Positions 37,985-46,078 of a stretch of DNA of 55,121 bases are shown here, one piece after another (within the stretch, counting starts at the first letter, position 1; each line of letters begins with the position of its first letter). Below the pieces are notes generated by a model, which did not search any database, was not told the origin of the DNA, and worked only from the letters and a program-made list of their open reading frames with translations. Source of the stretch: a virus (taxonomy: Duplodnaviria; Caudoviricetes); IMG/VR virus record IMGVR_UViG_3300025305_000023, positions 1-55,121 of that record. The stretch is one strand, 5' to 3'. The translations under genes and the position numbers were made by a program.

Positions 37985-38308
37985 TCATGTATTGAGTTTA
38001 AGACTAGCACCAGTTATATTTCCCCCCGGACCCCTCGGAGGAACAACAATTCCAGAACCAAACATTGAATTATATTGATTTAATAATTCATCAACCGGAT
38101 CGGTCACAAAAACCACAAATTGTGATGAAATTTCAATACCCTCTTCAATATCTGCATATGGAAGCCATTGACCAAACGCAAGTTGATCTTTTCCTGCTGG
38201 AATAAGAATTGCAGGCTTCTTAAGAATATAACTTACATTATCAATTTGTTCAGTTTTGGCAAGCAGTTCCTCGCCAGTCGTTAGTCGCACAAGTTTAACA
38301 TCACTCAT
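37985..38308 (-). CDS. Sm-like fold protein conserved in T4-like phages
   Basis: 'VKLVRLTTGEELLA...LAFGQWLPY...DELLNQYNSMFGSGIVVP'. Confidence 0.75.
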   Translation of the reverse strand: MSDVKLVRLTTGEELLAKTEQIDNVSYILKKPAILIPAGKDQLAFGQWLPYADIEEGIEISSQFVVFVTDPVDELLNQYNSMFGSGIVVPPRGPGGNITGASLKLNT

Positions 38309-38495
38309 TATCATCTCCTTCAATATCCTCTGGTTGAGGAATGTCTGTCATGTCGTAAATTCCACCTGGCTGCATGATATTCTTTTTAGAATTTCCTTTT
38401 TTCTTGCTACCAAATGTTTCTTCCCAATTTGTATCCCATTTCTTTTTATCAACAGGACGATACTTATCACCTTTTCCTGCTTTTCCATCAACCAT
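38301..38495 (-). CDS. Small conserved phage protein
   Basis: 'AGKGDKYRPVDKKKWDTNWEETF'; start trimmed to MVDGK. Confidence 0.65.
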   Translation of the reverse strand: MVDGKAGKGDKYRPVDKKKWDTNWEETFGSKKKGNSKKNIMQPGGIYDMTDIPQPEDIEGDDNE

Positions 38496-38682
38496 CACAA
38501 ATTGTCTCTTTGCCGGGTAAAATTTTGATCCACTCATCTGCTGCTTGAACATCTTCAAGCATTTGATCACATGCACATTTATCTGCTGGTGTGCATCTAC
38601 AATCATCTGAAAAATATATCAATTTTGCTTTTAATCCACGAATTATTTGTTCATTTGGTTCCATAAAGGCCACATCCTTCAT
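38488..38682 (-). CDS. Hypothetical protein
   Basis: ATGA overlap with the MTase stop. Confidence 0.5.
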   Translation of the reverse strand: MKDVAFMEPNEQIIRGLKAKLIYFSDDCRCTPADKCACDQMLEDVQAADEWIKILPGKETICDG

Positions 38683-39446
38683 TCTGATAAAAAATCATCC
38701 AACGTTGCAACAGACAACACATCTGCTATACGTTCATTAGTTATTCTATAGTATTTATCATCCATTTCAATACCAATGTAATTTCTTTTTAAATTTATTG
38801 CTGCAATTGCAGTTGTTCCACTACCAATACAATTATCCAAAACTATATCTCCCTCTTTGGTATATGTTCGGATCATATATTCAAAGAGAGCAGTTGGTTT
38901 TTGTGTTGGGTGTAATCCAGTTTCTTGTTTAAAACGAAGAATCGTTTTTGGATATCGTGTTCCACGATTCTCGCGGTGCATACTTTTCTGATTGGCATAT
39001 ACTTCGCCAATAGTAGCACCATCTTTTGAGAAGAATCCACTATAAGGTTTTCCCTCTTCCATTTGAGGAAAATACTTTGATCGTTTTTTGGAAAACACCA
39101 ATACATTTTCATGAGATTTCATCGGCATTACGTTTGCGTTCAATGGATTTGTTCCTTGTGGTTTTTCCCAAATCCATTCATACCTAAACATCTTGATGTT
39201 ACTTGCAACCAATACACTGGTGAATGGTTGGGCAGCAGTTAGAACAATTGCAGCGTCTTCTTTTGCAATTCTGGTGTACTGACTCCACAAATCTTCAAAA
39301 GGAATTATAACGTCCCATTTACACGCAGTAGTTCCGTATGGAAGATCGCATAGAATCATATCAACAGAGTCATCTGGAATATCTTTCATAACTTCCAGAC
39401 AGTCTCCGTGGATAATTTGGTTTTTGAAGTCTTCTATGTTTTTCAT
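38679..39446 (-). CDS. DNA methyltransferase, N4/N6 beta class
   Basis: 'IIHGDCLEVM...ILCDLPYG...HPTQKP...VLDNCIGSGTT'; start trimmed to MKNIE (ATGA overlap). Confidence 0.95.
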   Translation of the reverse strand: MKNIEDFKNQIIHGDCLEVMKDIPDDSVDMILCDLPYGTTACKWDVIIPFEDLWSQYTRIAKEDAAIVLTAAQPFTSVLVASNIKMFRYEWIWEKPQGTNPLNANVMPMKSHENVLVFSKKRSKYFPQMEEGKPYSGFFSKDGATIGEVYANQKSMHRENRGTRYPKTILRFKQETGLHPTQKPTALFEYMIRTYTKEGDIVLDNCIGSGTTAIAAINLKRNYIGIEMDDKYYRITNERIADVLSVATLDDFLSE

Positions 39447-40003
39447 TTTGGAATTTCTATAATTGCTCGTTCGTTCAATAGAGAAAGTGGAATATCTAAC
39501 CACAACTGATCGCTCATCGATTTATGGATTCTAGCAACAAACGTGTTTCCTATTCCCTTCCATCCATCTTTTGTTTTTTTCCAATTTAATGATCTATAAT
39601 CCAGAATATCAGAATCAAAAGTATAAAGCGTATAGTGATGATTCGGTAAATCGTCTTTATATGATAAACAAAAGAATACGTCCTCATGATTCTCTGAGAG
39701 ATAATTTATTTTTTCTTCTAAGGTTTTCTTTGATGTTGTTCGGTGTGAAGAAACTGTGAATTTTGGTTTCTTCTTTCCTTTCATCCTTCCACCTTTACAG
39801 GATATTCTAATATCATTGTAAGTAATATCAGTTCCCACTTGATGACTGCCTGGATTCCACAACACATCATCGGATTGTTTAATTAGAGAATTATACAACA
39901 AATTCTCCCAGTTTATCCCATTAATAGGACTTACTAGGAGTCTGTGATATATTTGGAATTGTTCTTCCATATCAACAGATATTTTGTCGTAATCAATTTG
40001 CAT
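39443..40003 (-). CDS. Putative PD-(D/E)xK-type endonuclease partner of the MTase
   Basis: 'WE...GSHQVGTDI...ISCK' nuclease-like spacing; translationally coupled to the MTase. Confidence 0.45.
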   Translation of the reverse strand: MQIDYDKISVDMEEQFQIYHRLLVSPINGINWENLLYNSLIKQSDDVLWNPGSHQVGTDITYNDIRISCKGGRMKGKKKPKFTVSSHRTTSKKTLEEKINYLSENHEDVFFCLSYKDDLPNHHYTLYTFDSDILDYRSLNWKKTKDGWKGIGNTFVARIHKSMSDQLWLDIPLSLLNERAIIEIPK

Positions 40004-40009
40004 CATTAA

Positions 40010-40037
40010 ATTATATCACACATAATTCTAATGTCAA
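40010..40037 (-). promoter_or_regulatory. sigma70-type promoter driving a leaderless nuclease/MTase transcript
   Basis: TTGACA-16bp-TATAAT, ATG at 40003. Confidence 0.75.
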
Positions 40038-40051
40038 CAAGTTTATCGAAA

Positions 40052-40105
40052 GACAAGATGCCCGGGCGAATAACGCACGCTACTCTACAACCCGAACACC
40101 TTATC
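40052..40105 (-). ncRNA. Long G.U-rich hairpin RNA (unassigned)
   Basis: GATAAGGTGTTCGGG/CCCGGGCATCTTGTC 15-bp stem with 4 G.U pairs, plus an 8-bp apical stem. Confidence 0.45.
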
Positions 40106-40114
40106 GTGATTTGT

Positions 40115-40208
40115 TCGTTCCCAGTGGGGGCCACCCACTCAATGCCGTAATGAATCTTACATCATTTTCACCCGAAGGTCTACGAATGCCTTGTACTCGG
40201 GGGAACGA
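40115..40208 (-). ncRNA. Multi-stem structured RNA (unassigned)
   Basis: Closing stem TCGTTCCC/GGGAACGA enclosing four hairpins including a cUUCGg tetraloop. Confidence 0.55.
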
Positions 40209-40217
40209 GTTATTTCG

Positions 40218-40399
40218 GCCTGGGGAGGATTTCATTATACCTCCAACTTTCGGGGTCAACTAATGTTATTAATTTACCCTACTTGCACCATCGCTGTTTG
40301 AGTTACCAAACTAGACTCAGGCACTTGCCCGTCATCTACCCCACTACAGGGAGCAACATACTTTAGTCCGCATGACGAAAACTTTTTCAGTCACCAGGC
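40218..40399 (-). ncRNA. manA-like structured RNA
   Basis: GCCTGG/CCAGGC closing stem; blocks CATGCGGACTAAAGTATGTT, GCAAGTGCCTG, GGTGCAAGTAGGGT and AAGTTGGAGGTAT..CCTCC resemble the manA motif as I recall it (not searched). Confidence 0.65.
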
Positions 40400-40427
40400 T
40401 TGTGTGGTGATCAATCCCACACATAGT

Positions 40428-40472
40428 TATTCAATTTTCAAAAGCACCGGCAGGGCGGGCCCGCCCCGCCGG
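40428..40472 (-). promoter_or_regulatory. GC-rich hairpin plus rrn boxA-like antitermination site
   Basis: CCGGCGGGGCGG-GC-CCGCCCTGCCGG followed by TGCTTTTGAAAATTGAATA. Confidence 0.5.
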
Positions 40473-40606
40473 GCATAGAACAAGTTTTAGTTACTACTTT
40501 CTACAGTAGCGGCAGATCTCATAGTAGTGCGATAATGCGATTAACTATGATTTTCAATCCACATTTATGATTGAGATCATTCAATCAACTAAAACCCAAA
40601 ACCAAA

Positions 40607-40861
40607 TCAGCAAAGTCCAGCACGAATGGCAAACGGATTGTCCGTGTAACCATGGAATTCCATCCCGTAGGAGGTCTTGCCACTGGCGGATGGGCAAGAA
40701 GTAACGCTCCAGTTACCGTATGCTTCAACCTGATTCTTGATATCACTGATCGTAGCGCGCATGTTGCTCACACCGAATCGGCTTGAAGCCTGGCCGGGGG
40801 TGAGGGACTTGCCTTGTGCAAGATGATTAATGACACGCTGCTTCTTTGTAAGAGTACTCAT
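40607..40861 (-). CDS. Winged helix-turn-helix DNA-binding protein
   Basis: 'KKQRVINHLAQGKSLTPGQASSRFGVSNMRATISDIK'; GGAG SD before MSTLT. Confidence 0.75.
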   Translation of the reverse strand: MSTLTKKQRVINHLAQGKSLTPGQASSRFGVSNMRATISDIKNQVEAYGNWSVTSCPSASGKTSYGMEFHGYTDNPFAIRAGLC

Positions 40862-40950
40862 AATGTACTTCTCCATTCAATTGCGACATTTACTTAAGAA
40901 AAGAAAAAGATGTCTGTCGCTCGCATCCGTTTCTTGATTGTTATACGAGT

Positions 40951-40978
40951 AGTATACTCTACTGCTCCCCGTTGTCAA
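40951..40978 (-). promoter_or_regulatory. sigma70-type promoter
   Basis: TTGACA-16bp-TATACT. Confidence 0.75.
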
Positions 40979-41085
40979 GACCTTGTTTGCACGAAATTGT
41001 AAATTTTCTTTGCTTCTTCGATAATCTCTTCGTGCGTTGGATAAACTGGCATTTCTGTACACGATATTCTTATTTTTATGTATAA

Positions 41086-41158
41086 TGGGTCGGGTGGGAA
41101 TCGAACCCACGACTTCCGGTTTAAAAGACCGATACTCTGCCAATTGAGTTACCAACCC
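41086..41158 (-). tRNA. tRNA-Lys(TTT)
   Basis: GGGTTGG..TCGGT-CTTTTAA-ACCGG..GTGGG-TTCGATT-CCCAC-CCGACCC. Confidence 0.95.
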
Positions 41159-41165
41159 TGTTGGG

Positions 41166-41567
41166 TCAGTGTTTATATTTTTCTGGTAACGGTGCTTCAT
41201 AATAAATATCCAACCCTATTGCCTTTGCCAAATGCCATTCCGCTTTTGCACCACGACTCATTTCCCAATCGCTCATCATATAAATGGCGGTACAATGTTC
41301 ACAAATGGCATCCATATCACGCTTCAATGCACTTCGCATAAATTCGTGATCTTCATAATTGGTATCAGGATCAAACTGGTGAGGTCCATTAATTGGCTTT
41401 TCATCATCCCTATCCATCTCTGCTGGATTAATGACATTCCAACCCTGCTTCTCAAGAACTCTGGATTGCCGGTCAAATGCGGGATAATTGTAATCATCAA
41501 ACCCTCTCATCGGACCTGCAATATAGATTGTTGGTTTTCGTTCAACCATGCTGTAATTATATGCCAT
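41166..41567 (-). CDS. DUF4406 / nucleoside 2-deoxyribosyltransferase-like protein
   Basis: 'IYIAGPMRG..DYNYPAF...VINPAE...AIYMMSDWEMSRGAKAE'. Confidence 0.85.
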   Translation of the reverse strand: MAYNYSMVERKPTIYIAGPMRGFDDYNYPAFDRQSRVLEKQGWNVINPAEMDRDDEKPINGPHQFDPDTNYEDHEFMRSALKRDMDAICEHCTAIYMMSDWEMSRGAKAEWHLAKAIGLDIYYEAPLPEKYKH

Positions 41568-41662
41568 ATTAGGGATATGTCAAAATAAAACTAACCCCAT
41601 ATAGATCTTTTTCTTTTCCCCATCAAATCAGCAATTTTCTTTGCAGTCATCTATGCAAGTCA

Positions 41663-42826
41663 TTAATTTGCTTTTCTAAACTGCTGCAATTTCTTCCTTG
41701 GAACTTTGAGTCCAGAAACTATAGTGTACAGCCTCAGACTATCTTTGTTGTCCTCATATATCCCTCTGTGCAATACTGCATTCGGACACAGCGAAGATAG
41801 TGTATCAAACCCATAGGATAGGCTGTCCATCAAACCCGGTGTATTTTCCATGATGTCCTTGCTGCCGACTGCCACACATGCAGCAGCACTAGAATCTGAA
41901 AGTTCTACGTCACTGAGAAGTGTCTTTTCAATGTTGGCCTTGATTGCATTTGATACCTTTTGTTCGTCATCAAATTCCTTTAGTTTCGCAACACCCATCA
42001 CCAATACACCACCGCATCTCAGTACACCTGCATAGTCCGTAGGATCAAATGAAGTGTACGGCGAAGCATTGTTGGTAAGAATATTGAACACATGGAACAA
42101 TCCAGATACAGTGTTGTTGACCGTAGGCCAGAATTGTTTGACGGTCAGTCCCTTGTACATCTTTTCGATTTTGGAATTGTCGATGATGAGGAGTGGCGAG
42201 ATTTCACCAGATTCTGCACATTCGCCAATGCTGCTCAATGTCTCATATGCATTTGCAGATACCTGTGGTGATGTTGCTTCCCCTCTTGTGGGTAATGACA
42301 TAACAACACCGACTCGTTTTTCTGGATCGTCGTGTCCAATGTATTTCATGTATTTCTTTGCAGTTTCAATCAAGACGAGTGCTGAACCGCTTCCGCTGCC
42401 ACCACCTGCACCAATGCATATGAAAACATGGTCAACATTGTTGCCATAGGTTTTCCGCATGAGATCAAACACATTTTGCTTGTACTTGTTTGCAGCCTCA
42501 TGCCCTCTTTCCATATTCTTCCCTGCACCCTGCTCACCAATGTCGAGCAGCATCTTTTGCTCTACAGGCAGATCAAGAGAATCCAGATCGTGATTGGAAG
42601 TGTTCACTGCGATGCACTTTCTATACCCCCGGTCATAGAATGCCTTGGCAATTCGTCCACCACCCTGTCCAGAACCAATCCATGCAAAGGTTTGCGAACC
42701 ACCAGATTCGTCCTTTACTGCATTCTCTTCTTCGTCTGGAATTTCGTAGTCTTCCAAATCAATGTCTGGAATTTCCAAGTCTGGAAGTTGATTATCTAGT
42801 TCTTCGTTTGTTGTTTCTTCGCTCAT
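41663..42826 (-). CDS. Tubulin/FtsZ-family GTPase
   Basis: T1 'IGSGQGGGRI', 'IAVNTS', 'GAGKN', T4 'GAGGGSGSG', 'IIDN', T7-like 'SFDPTD'; acidic N-terminal extension. Confidence 0.9.
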   Translation of the reverse strand: MSEETTNEELDNQLPDLEIPDIDLEDYEIPDEEENAVKDESGGSQTFAWIGSGQGGGRIAKAFYDRGYRKCIAVNTSNHDLDSLDLPVEQKMLLDIGEQGAGKNMERGHEAANKYKQNVFDLMRKTYGNNVDHVFICIGAGGGSGSGSALVLIETAKKYMKYIGHDDPEKRVGVVMSLPTRGEATSPQVSANAYETLSSIGECAESGEISPLLIIDNSKIEKMYKGLTVKQFWPTVNNTVSGLFHVFNILTNNASPYTSFDPTDYAGVLRCGGVLVMGVAKLKEFDDEQKVSNAIKANIEKTLLSDVELSDSSAAACVAVGSKDIMENTPGLMDSLSYGFDTLSSLCPNAVLHRGIYEDNKDSLRLYTIVSGLKVPRKKLQQFRKAN

Positions 42827-42854
42827 GTTTTTATTCCTTTATAAATTTATCTTG

Positions 42855-43196
42855 TTATGCTGAAAAGGAACTACCACATCCACAACTGGCGGTGGCATTC
42901 GGATTGTTGAACACAAAACCTCGTCCCATGATCTCATCACGAAAATCTATTGTTGTTCCATCAATATATAAAAGACTCTTCGGATCACATATAACAGTTA
43001 TACCATTTTGTTCCGAAACAGTTTCATCATTGTCTTTGATATTGCTAGTCAAGTCTAGTATATAAGAGAAACCAGAACATCCTCCACCCCTTACACCAAC
43101 TCTTAAATATGTCTGTTCATTATCAAGTTCATCTGTTTTGTCCTTGATGATATTATTTATTTCTCTTTGTGCGATTTCTGTTAGGATTATGTTCAT
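42855..43196 (-). CDS. iscA: Fe-S cluster assembly A-type carrier (HesB/IscA family)
   Basis: 'LRVGVRGGGCSGFSY...F.NPNA..SCGCGSSF'; start trimmed to MNIIL. Confidence 0.95.
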   Translation of the reverse strand: MNIILTEIAQREINNIIKDKTDELDNEQTYLRVGVRGGGCSGFSYILDLTSNIKDNDETVSEQNGITVICDPKSLLYIDGTTIDFRDEIMGRGFVFNNPNATASCGCGSSFSA

Positions 43197-43648
43197 GTGT
43201 CCACCCACCACACTCTATCTTTACCCTTTGAGTTGATTCTCTTTGCAAGTGCTTTCATTGTTTTGTTCTTGAGTGTATATTTGGTGCCTACTGTGCGACT
43301 ATTGAGAATCTTCACATGTAAATTATCGGCCTGTGACGCGGCGGGCCGTCCCTCCGAATTGATAAAGTTTATCATTCCCTTTGCATAATCTCCATCATAC
43401 TTCTGTCCAGTCATCGCATATACCACTGGTTCGTGAAGAGCATCGTTCGTGTCCCACGCCCACATTTTACCCTTGCTGTCTATAACGAATCTCAACTCTT
43501 TGTAACTTGACTTCTTCATCAATGTTCTCATCTCTCGTTCGGTCGGATTCTCCAGACCACGAAAGTCTTCCCACTTCGCACCTTTGTATGGGAAGGTTGC
43601 AGATAATTTTGCAGGCTTCTCTGTGATGTAGTGCTTAAAGTTTTTCAT
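43193..43648 (-). CDS. Putative internal head protein (capsid-targeting N-terminus)
   Basis: MKNFKHYITE start; ATGA overlaps. Confidence 0.6.
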   Translation of the reverse strand: MKNFKHYITEKPAKLSATFPYKGAKWEDFRGLENPTEREMRTLMKKSSYKELRFVIDSKGKMWAWDTNDALHEPVVYAMTGQKYDGDYAKGMINFINSEGRPAASQADNLHVKILNSRTVGTKYTLKNKTMKALAKRINSKGKDRVWWVDT

Positions 43649-44166
43649 TTCTTTGTCAACTGCCACTCTACTTTTCTATTTGAATCTTTGGTGTCTGATT
43701 TATATCCCATCTTGCCTGCAAATCTCTTCACGATTGCGCCATATGCTCCTGCACGACCAGTCTTTTCTCTGCCAGACCTATCAGACTTGTCTTGTGATTT
43801 ATCAGCACTAAAGATGAGTGTCATTGGTTCGTGCTTCTTTATGACAGACTTCATTATGTCCAACACGGTTGCAAGGATTCTCATTGCATCACCTTCGCCT
43901 GTCATGTCATAAGACATATTCTTGGCGAATTCAATAGCAATGGTGTGTCCTGCTTTCTTTATCTTCATTCCCCCCAATTGTCTGTCTAAATCTATCCAAA
44001 AATGATTTGCAGTAAACTCAACAGTTCCACCATCTGCCGTTTTGAATTTATACCAGTCTGGTATAGCATCATTCTCTGGTGTTATTGCACCTTTTGCAAC
44101 ACTACCACCACTCCACTTGTATGGTTTATCAAATACCTCCGTGATGTATTGATTGAAGGTTTTCAC
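43645..44166 (-). CDS. Putative internal head protein (capsid-targeting N-terminus)
   Basis: MKTFNQYITE start (GTG) with GGAG SD. Confidence 0.65.
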   Translation of the reverse strand: MKTFNQYITEVFDKPYKWSGGSVAKGAITPENDAIPDWYKFKTADGGTVEFTANHFWIDLDRQLGGMKIKKAGHTIAIEFAKNMSYDMTGEGDAMRILATVLDIMKSVIKKHEPMTLIFSADKSQDKSDRSGREKTGRAGAYGAIVKRFAGKMGYKSDTKDSNRKVEWQLTKK

Positions 44167-44188
44167 ACATCACTCCATGCTGTATTGT

Positions 44189-44545
44189 TTACTGTAGTGG
44201 ATTATCCTTGAAGAACTTCACATTCTTTGACCAATTCTTGAACAGCCTAGATTTTAGAAAGGCACGGAAACCCGCTTCACCACCACCACCAAATGCACTG
44301 GGTAGATGTTTACCGTGGAGTTTACCAAGTGTATCCGAACTGAAGTCGTTATCTTGGAATTGACCGACAACCTTCTTATTCAGAATGATGTCATAGAAAG
44401 ATGTGGTGACATCATCTTCACCATCATACTTATTTTTCTTCTTCTTCTTCAATTTCACAGTGTAGTCATCGGCTGAATGGGTTCCTTCACCCAGCGCGAC
44501 TCGCCGAATGGCTTCGTTCAGGGATTGCTGTTGGTTATGTTCCAT
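44189..44545 (-). CDS. Late hypothetical protein (possibly head-packaged)
   Basis: TATACATA at 44566-44573 and AAGGAG SD before MEHNQ; 'SLNE' possible gp21-type cleavage site. Confidence 0.6.
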   Translation of the reverse strand: MEHNQQQSLNEAIRRVALGEGTHSADDYTVKLKKKKKNKYDGEDDVTTSFYDIILNKKVVGQFQDNDFSSDTLGKLHGKHLPSAFGGGGEAGFRAFLKSRLFKNWSKNVKFFKDNPLQ

Positions 44546-44576
44546 TGATGTTTCTCCTTGTACATTATGTATAACT

Positions 44577-44705
44577 TCACACATCTTTTATTGATGGTTT
44601 AAGAACGGGGTCATTCGTGTTAAACTTATTAAATATAGTCTTAGAATAATCCTTGCGAGGAATGTCTATGATTGATTCTTGAATGTATTGCTTGAATGAC
44701 TTCAT
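44577..44705 (-). CDS. 42-aa capsid-targeting-motif ORF, possibly a truncated remnant
   Basis: MKSFKQYIQESIIDIPRKDYSKTIF...; ATGA overlap. Confidence 0.5.
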   Translation of the reverse strand: MKSFKQYIQESIIDIPRKDYSKTIFNKFNTNDPVLKPSIKDV

Positions 44706-44869
44706 TTCTTTTTATTATAATCCTTCCAAGCAGTGGCATACGCAATGCCTCTTTCTTTATCGGTTAATTCACCATCTTTTGAATATCTACGTTTAATATG
44801 TTTTACCATTCTTTCATGTCTATCGGTAGGAGGAGATTTTTCTTTTATAAATTCTTTAAATGACTTCAT
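44702..44869 (-). CDS. 55-aa capsid-targeting-motif protein
   Basis: MKSFKEFIKEKSPPTDRHERMVKHIKRRYSKDGELTDKERGIAYATAWK; ATGA overlap. Confidence 0.65.
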   Translation of the reverse strand: MKSFKEFIKEKSPPTDRHERMVKHIKRRYSKDGELTDKERGIAYATAWKDYNKKK

Positions 44870-45234
44870 TGTCCCCCTCTCCTAAATGATGCATTCGGCA
44901 CCATCTGTTGTTGCATCATCTGGTTGTGGAATCGTTCTTCTTCGATCTGTTCAATTGATGGCGTAGGATCAAAATTAAAATCACCTTTTGGTTTACTACT
45001 CTTACCCTCATTCACTTCGTCTAAATGTACGAGAAGTGCCTGTATTGCTTTTTCTAAGTTGTCTACCTTCGGTGCAAGCACGCTTTGCGTGGCACGGAGT
45101 TCTACAAGGTTTTCGTCAATCCTTTGGTCGATGCTGCTCACACCATTCCATAACTGGACAGCAGCACCTACAAACACAGTAGCCACCAGTACGGTGACTG
45201 CATTCGATACTATTCTGTCCCAGTCTAATTTCAT
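44866..45234 (-). CDS. Membrane-anchored coiled-coil protein (late)
   Basis: N-terminal TM 'AVTVLVATVFVGAAVQLW'; CATACATA upstream. Confidence 0.6.
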   Translation of the reverse strand: MKLDWDRIVSNAVTVLVATVFVGAAVQLWNGVSSIDQRIDENLVELRATQSVLAPKVDNLEKAIQALLVHLDEVNEGKSSKPKGDFNFDPTPSIEQIEEERFHNQMMQQQMVPNASFRRGGQ

Positions 45235-45352
45235 ATATTATGTATGAATTTATATAACAGAAAGAGTAATTTACTCTCTTAGCAGTACATCACCAGAGGA
45301 ATAAACATAATAACTCTCATACGCATTGGATACAATAAACCTACAAGCATAT

Positions 45353-45571
45353 TTACCTCCTTTTTTTCCACTCTGTAAATTTCTTTGCGTGATCGCACTC
45401 GCAATATTTGTATTCTTCGTCAAGAGGGTGCATCAGTAATCCATCCCATCCCCCATAACACCAATGCCAACCTTCCATTTGTTCCTCTTCAGTAAGGCTT
45501 ACATCTGCATTGCCATATTGCAATTCTTTGAACCGCTCTTTAGTCATTCCATGTCCGTACATTTCAGTCAC
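45353..45571 (-). CDS. Hypothetical protein
   Basis: 'EGWHWC...WDGLLMHP...CEC'. Confidence 0.55.
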   Translation of the reverse strand: MTEMYGHGMTKERFKELQYGNADVSLTEEEQMEGWHWCYGGWDGLLMHPLDEEYKYCECDHAKKFTEWKKRR

Positions 45572-45789
45572 AACATTTCAATCATAGCCCAAATAAAAAG
45601 ACCAATTATTATTGTTATAATAACAAATCCAACCCCCCAAAGAAATCGGTCAGTCTGAAGTTTTTCTTGTCGTTTCTTATATAATGGATTATTCATGTAA
45701 AGAGGTTTATTCTTCGTCACCTTATTACTAGCAGTCTTTTCATACTGCTTTTTGTTCATCTTTTGTGTCCAAGGACTTTCAATTCTCAT
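45568..45789 (-). CDS. Small C-terminally anchored membrane protein
   Basis: Basic N-terminus plus 'FLWGVGFVIITIIIGLFIWAM'. Confidence 0.55.
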   Translation of the reverse strand: MRIESPWTQKMNKKQYEKTASNKVTKNKPLYMNNPLYKKRQEKLQTDRFLWGVGFVIITIIIGLFIWAMIEML

Positions 45790-45880
45790 CCTTCACCCTC
45801 CAAGGTAATCCGATGATGATTAGCAACAGAGTCAGAACAGCACCACACACATATCCAGTTGTGAAGTCATCCCAATTCAT
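45779..45880 (-). CDS. 33-aa membrane peptide
   Basis: MNWDDFTTGYVCGAVLTLLLIIIGLPWRVKDEN. Confidence 0.45.
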   Translation of the reverse strand: MNWDDFTTGYVCGAVLTLLLIIIGLPWRVKDEN

Positions 45881-45883
45881 TGT

Positions 45884-46078
45884 TCATTTTCCTTTGTTTT
45901 CATCGTCATCATCCAGTGTCTTTGCGTATTCATTTAGTGCAATCTGTGCTTCCTCTCTTGTGTCATATGGTCCACCGGCAAACTCTGTCCAATTCTCGTC
46001 ATAGAAGAACCACTTGTTGTCCCTGAGTGTGATTGGGTCAGGGTTCCATACGCCTCCGTGCGGTTCGGGTTTAATCAT
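45884..46078 (-). CDS. Hypothetical protein
   Basis: 'WFFYDE...GPYDTREEA'; ATGA overlap with ferredoxin. Confidence 0.6.
   Translation of the reverse strand: MIKPEPHGGVWNPDPITLRDNKWFFYDENWTEFAGGPYDTREEAQIALNEYAKTLDDDDENKGK

Noticed and set aside
40052-40430. RNase P RNA, tmRNA or group I intron
   Set aside because: No GAGGAAAGUCC core, no GGGG...UCCACCA ends or tag ORF, and no interrupted host gene.
40877-41200. 107-aa ORF (and the ORF-track N-termini at 47643 and 49710)
   Set aside because: They run through tRNA genes and promoters, so they are treated as spurious or over-extended.
41591-41650. 19-codon ORF MTAKKIADLMGKRKRSIWG resembling an HTH fragment
   Set aside because: Too short to support; at most a remnant.
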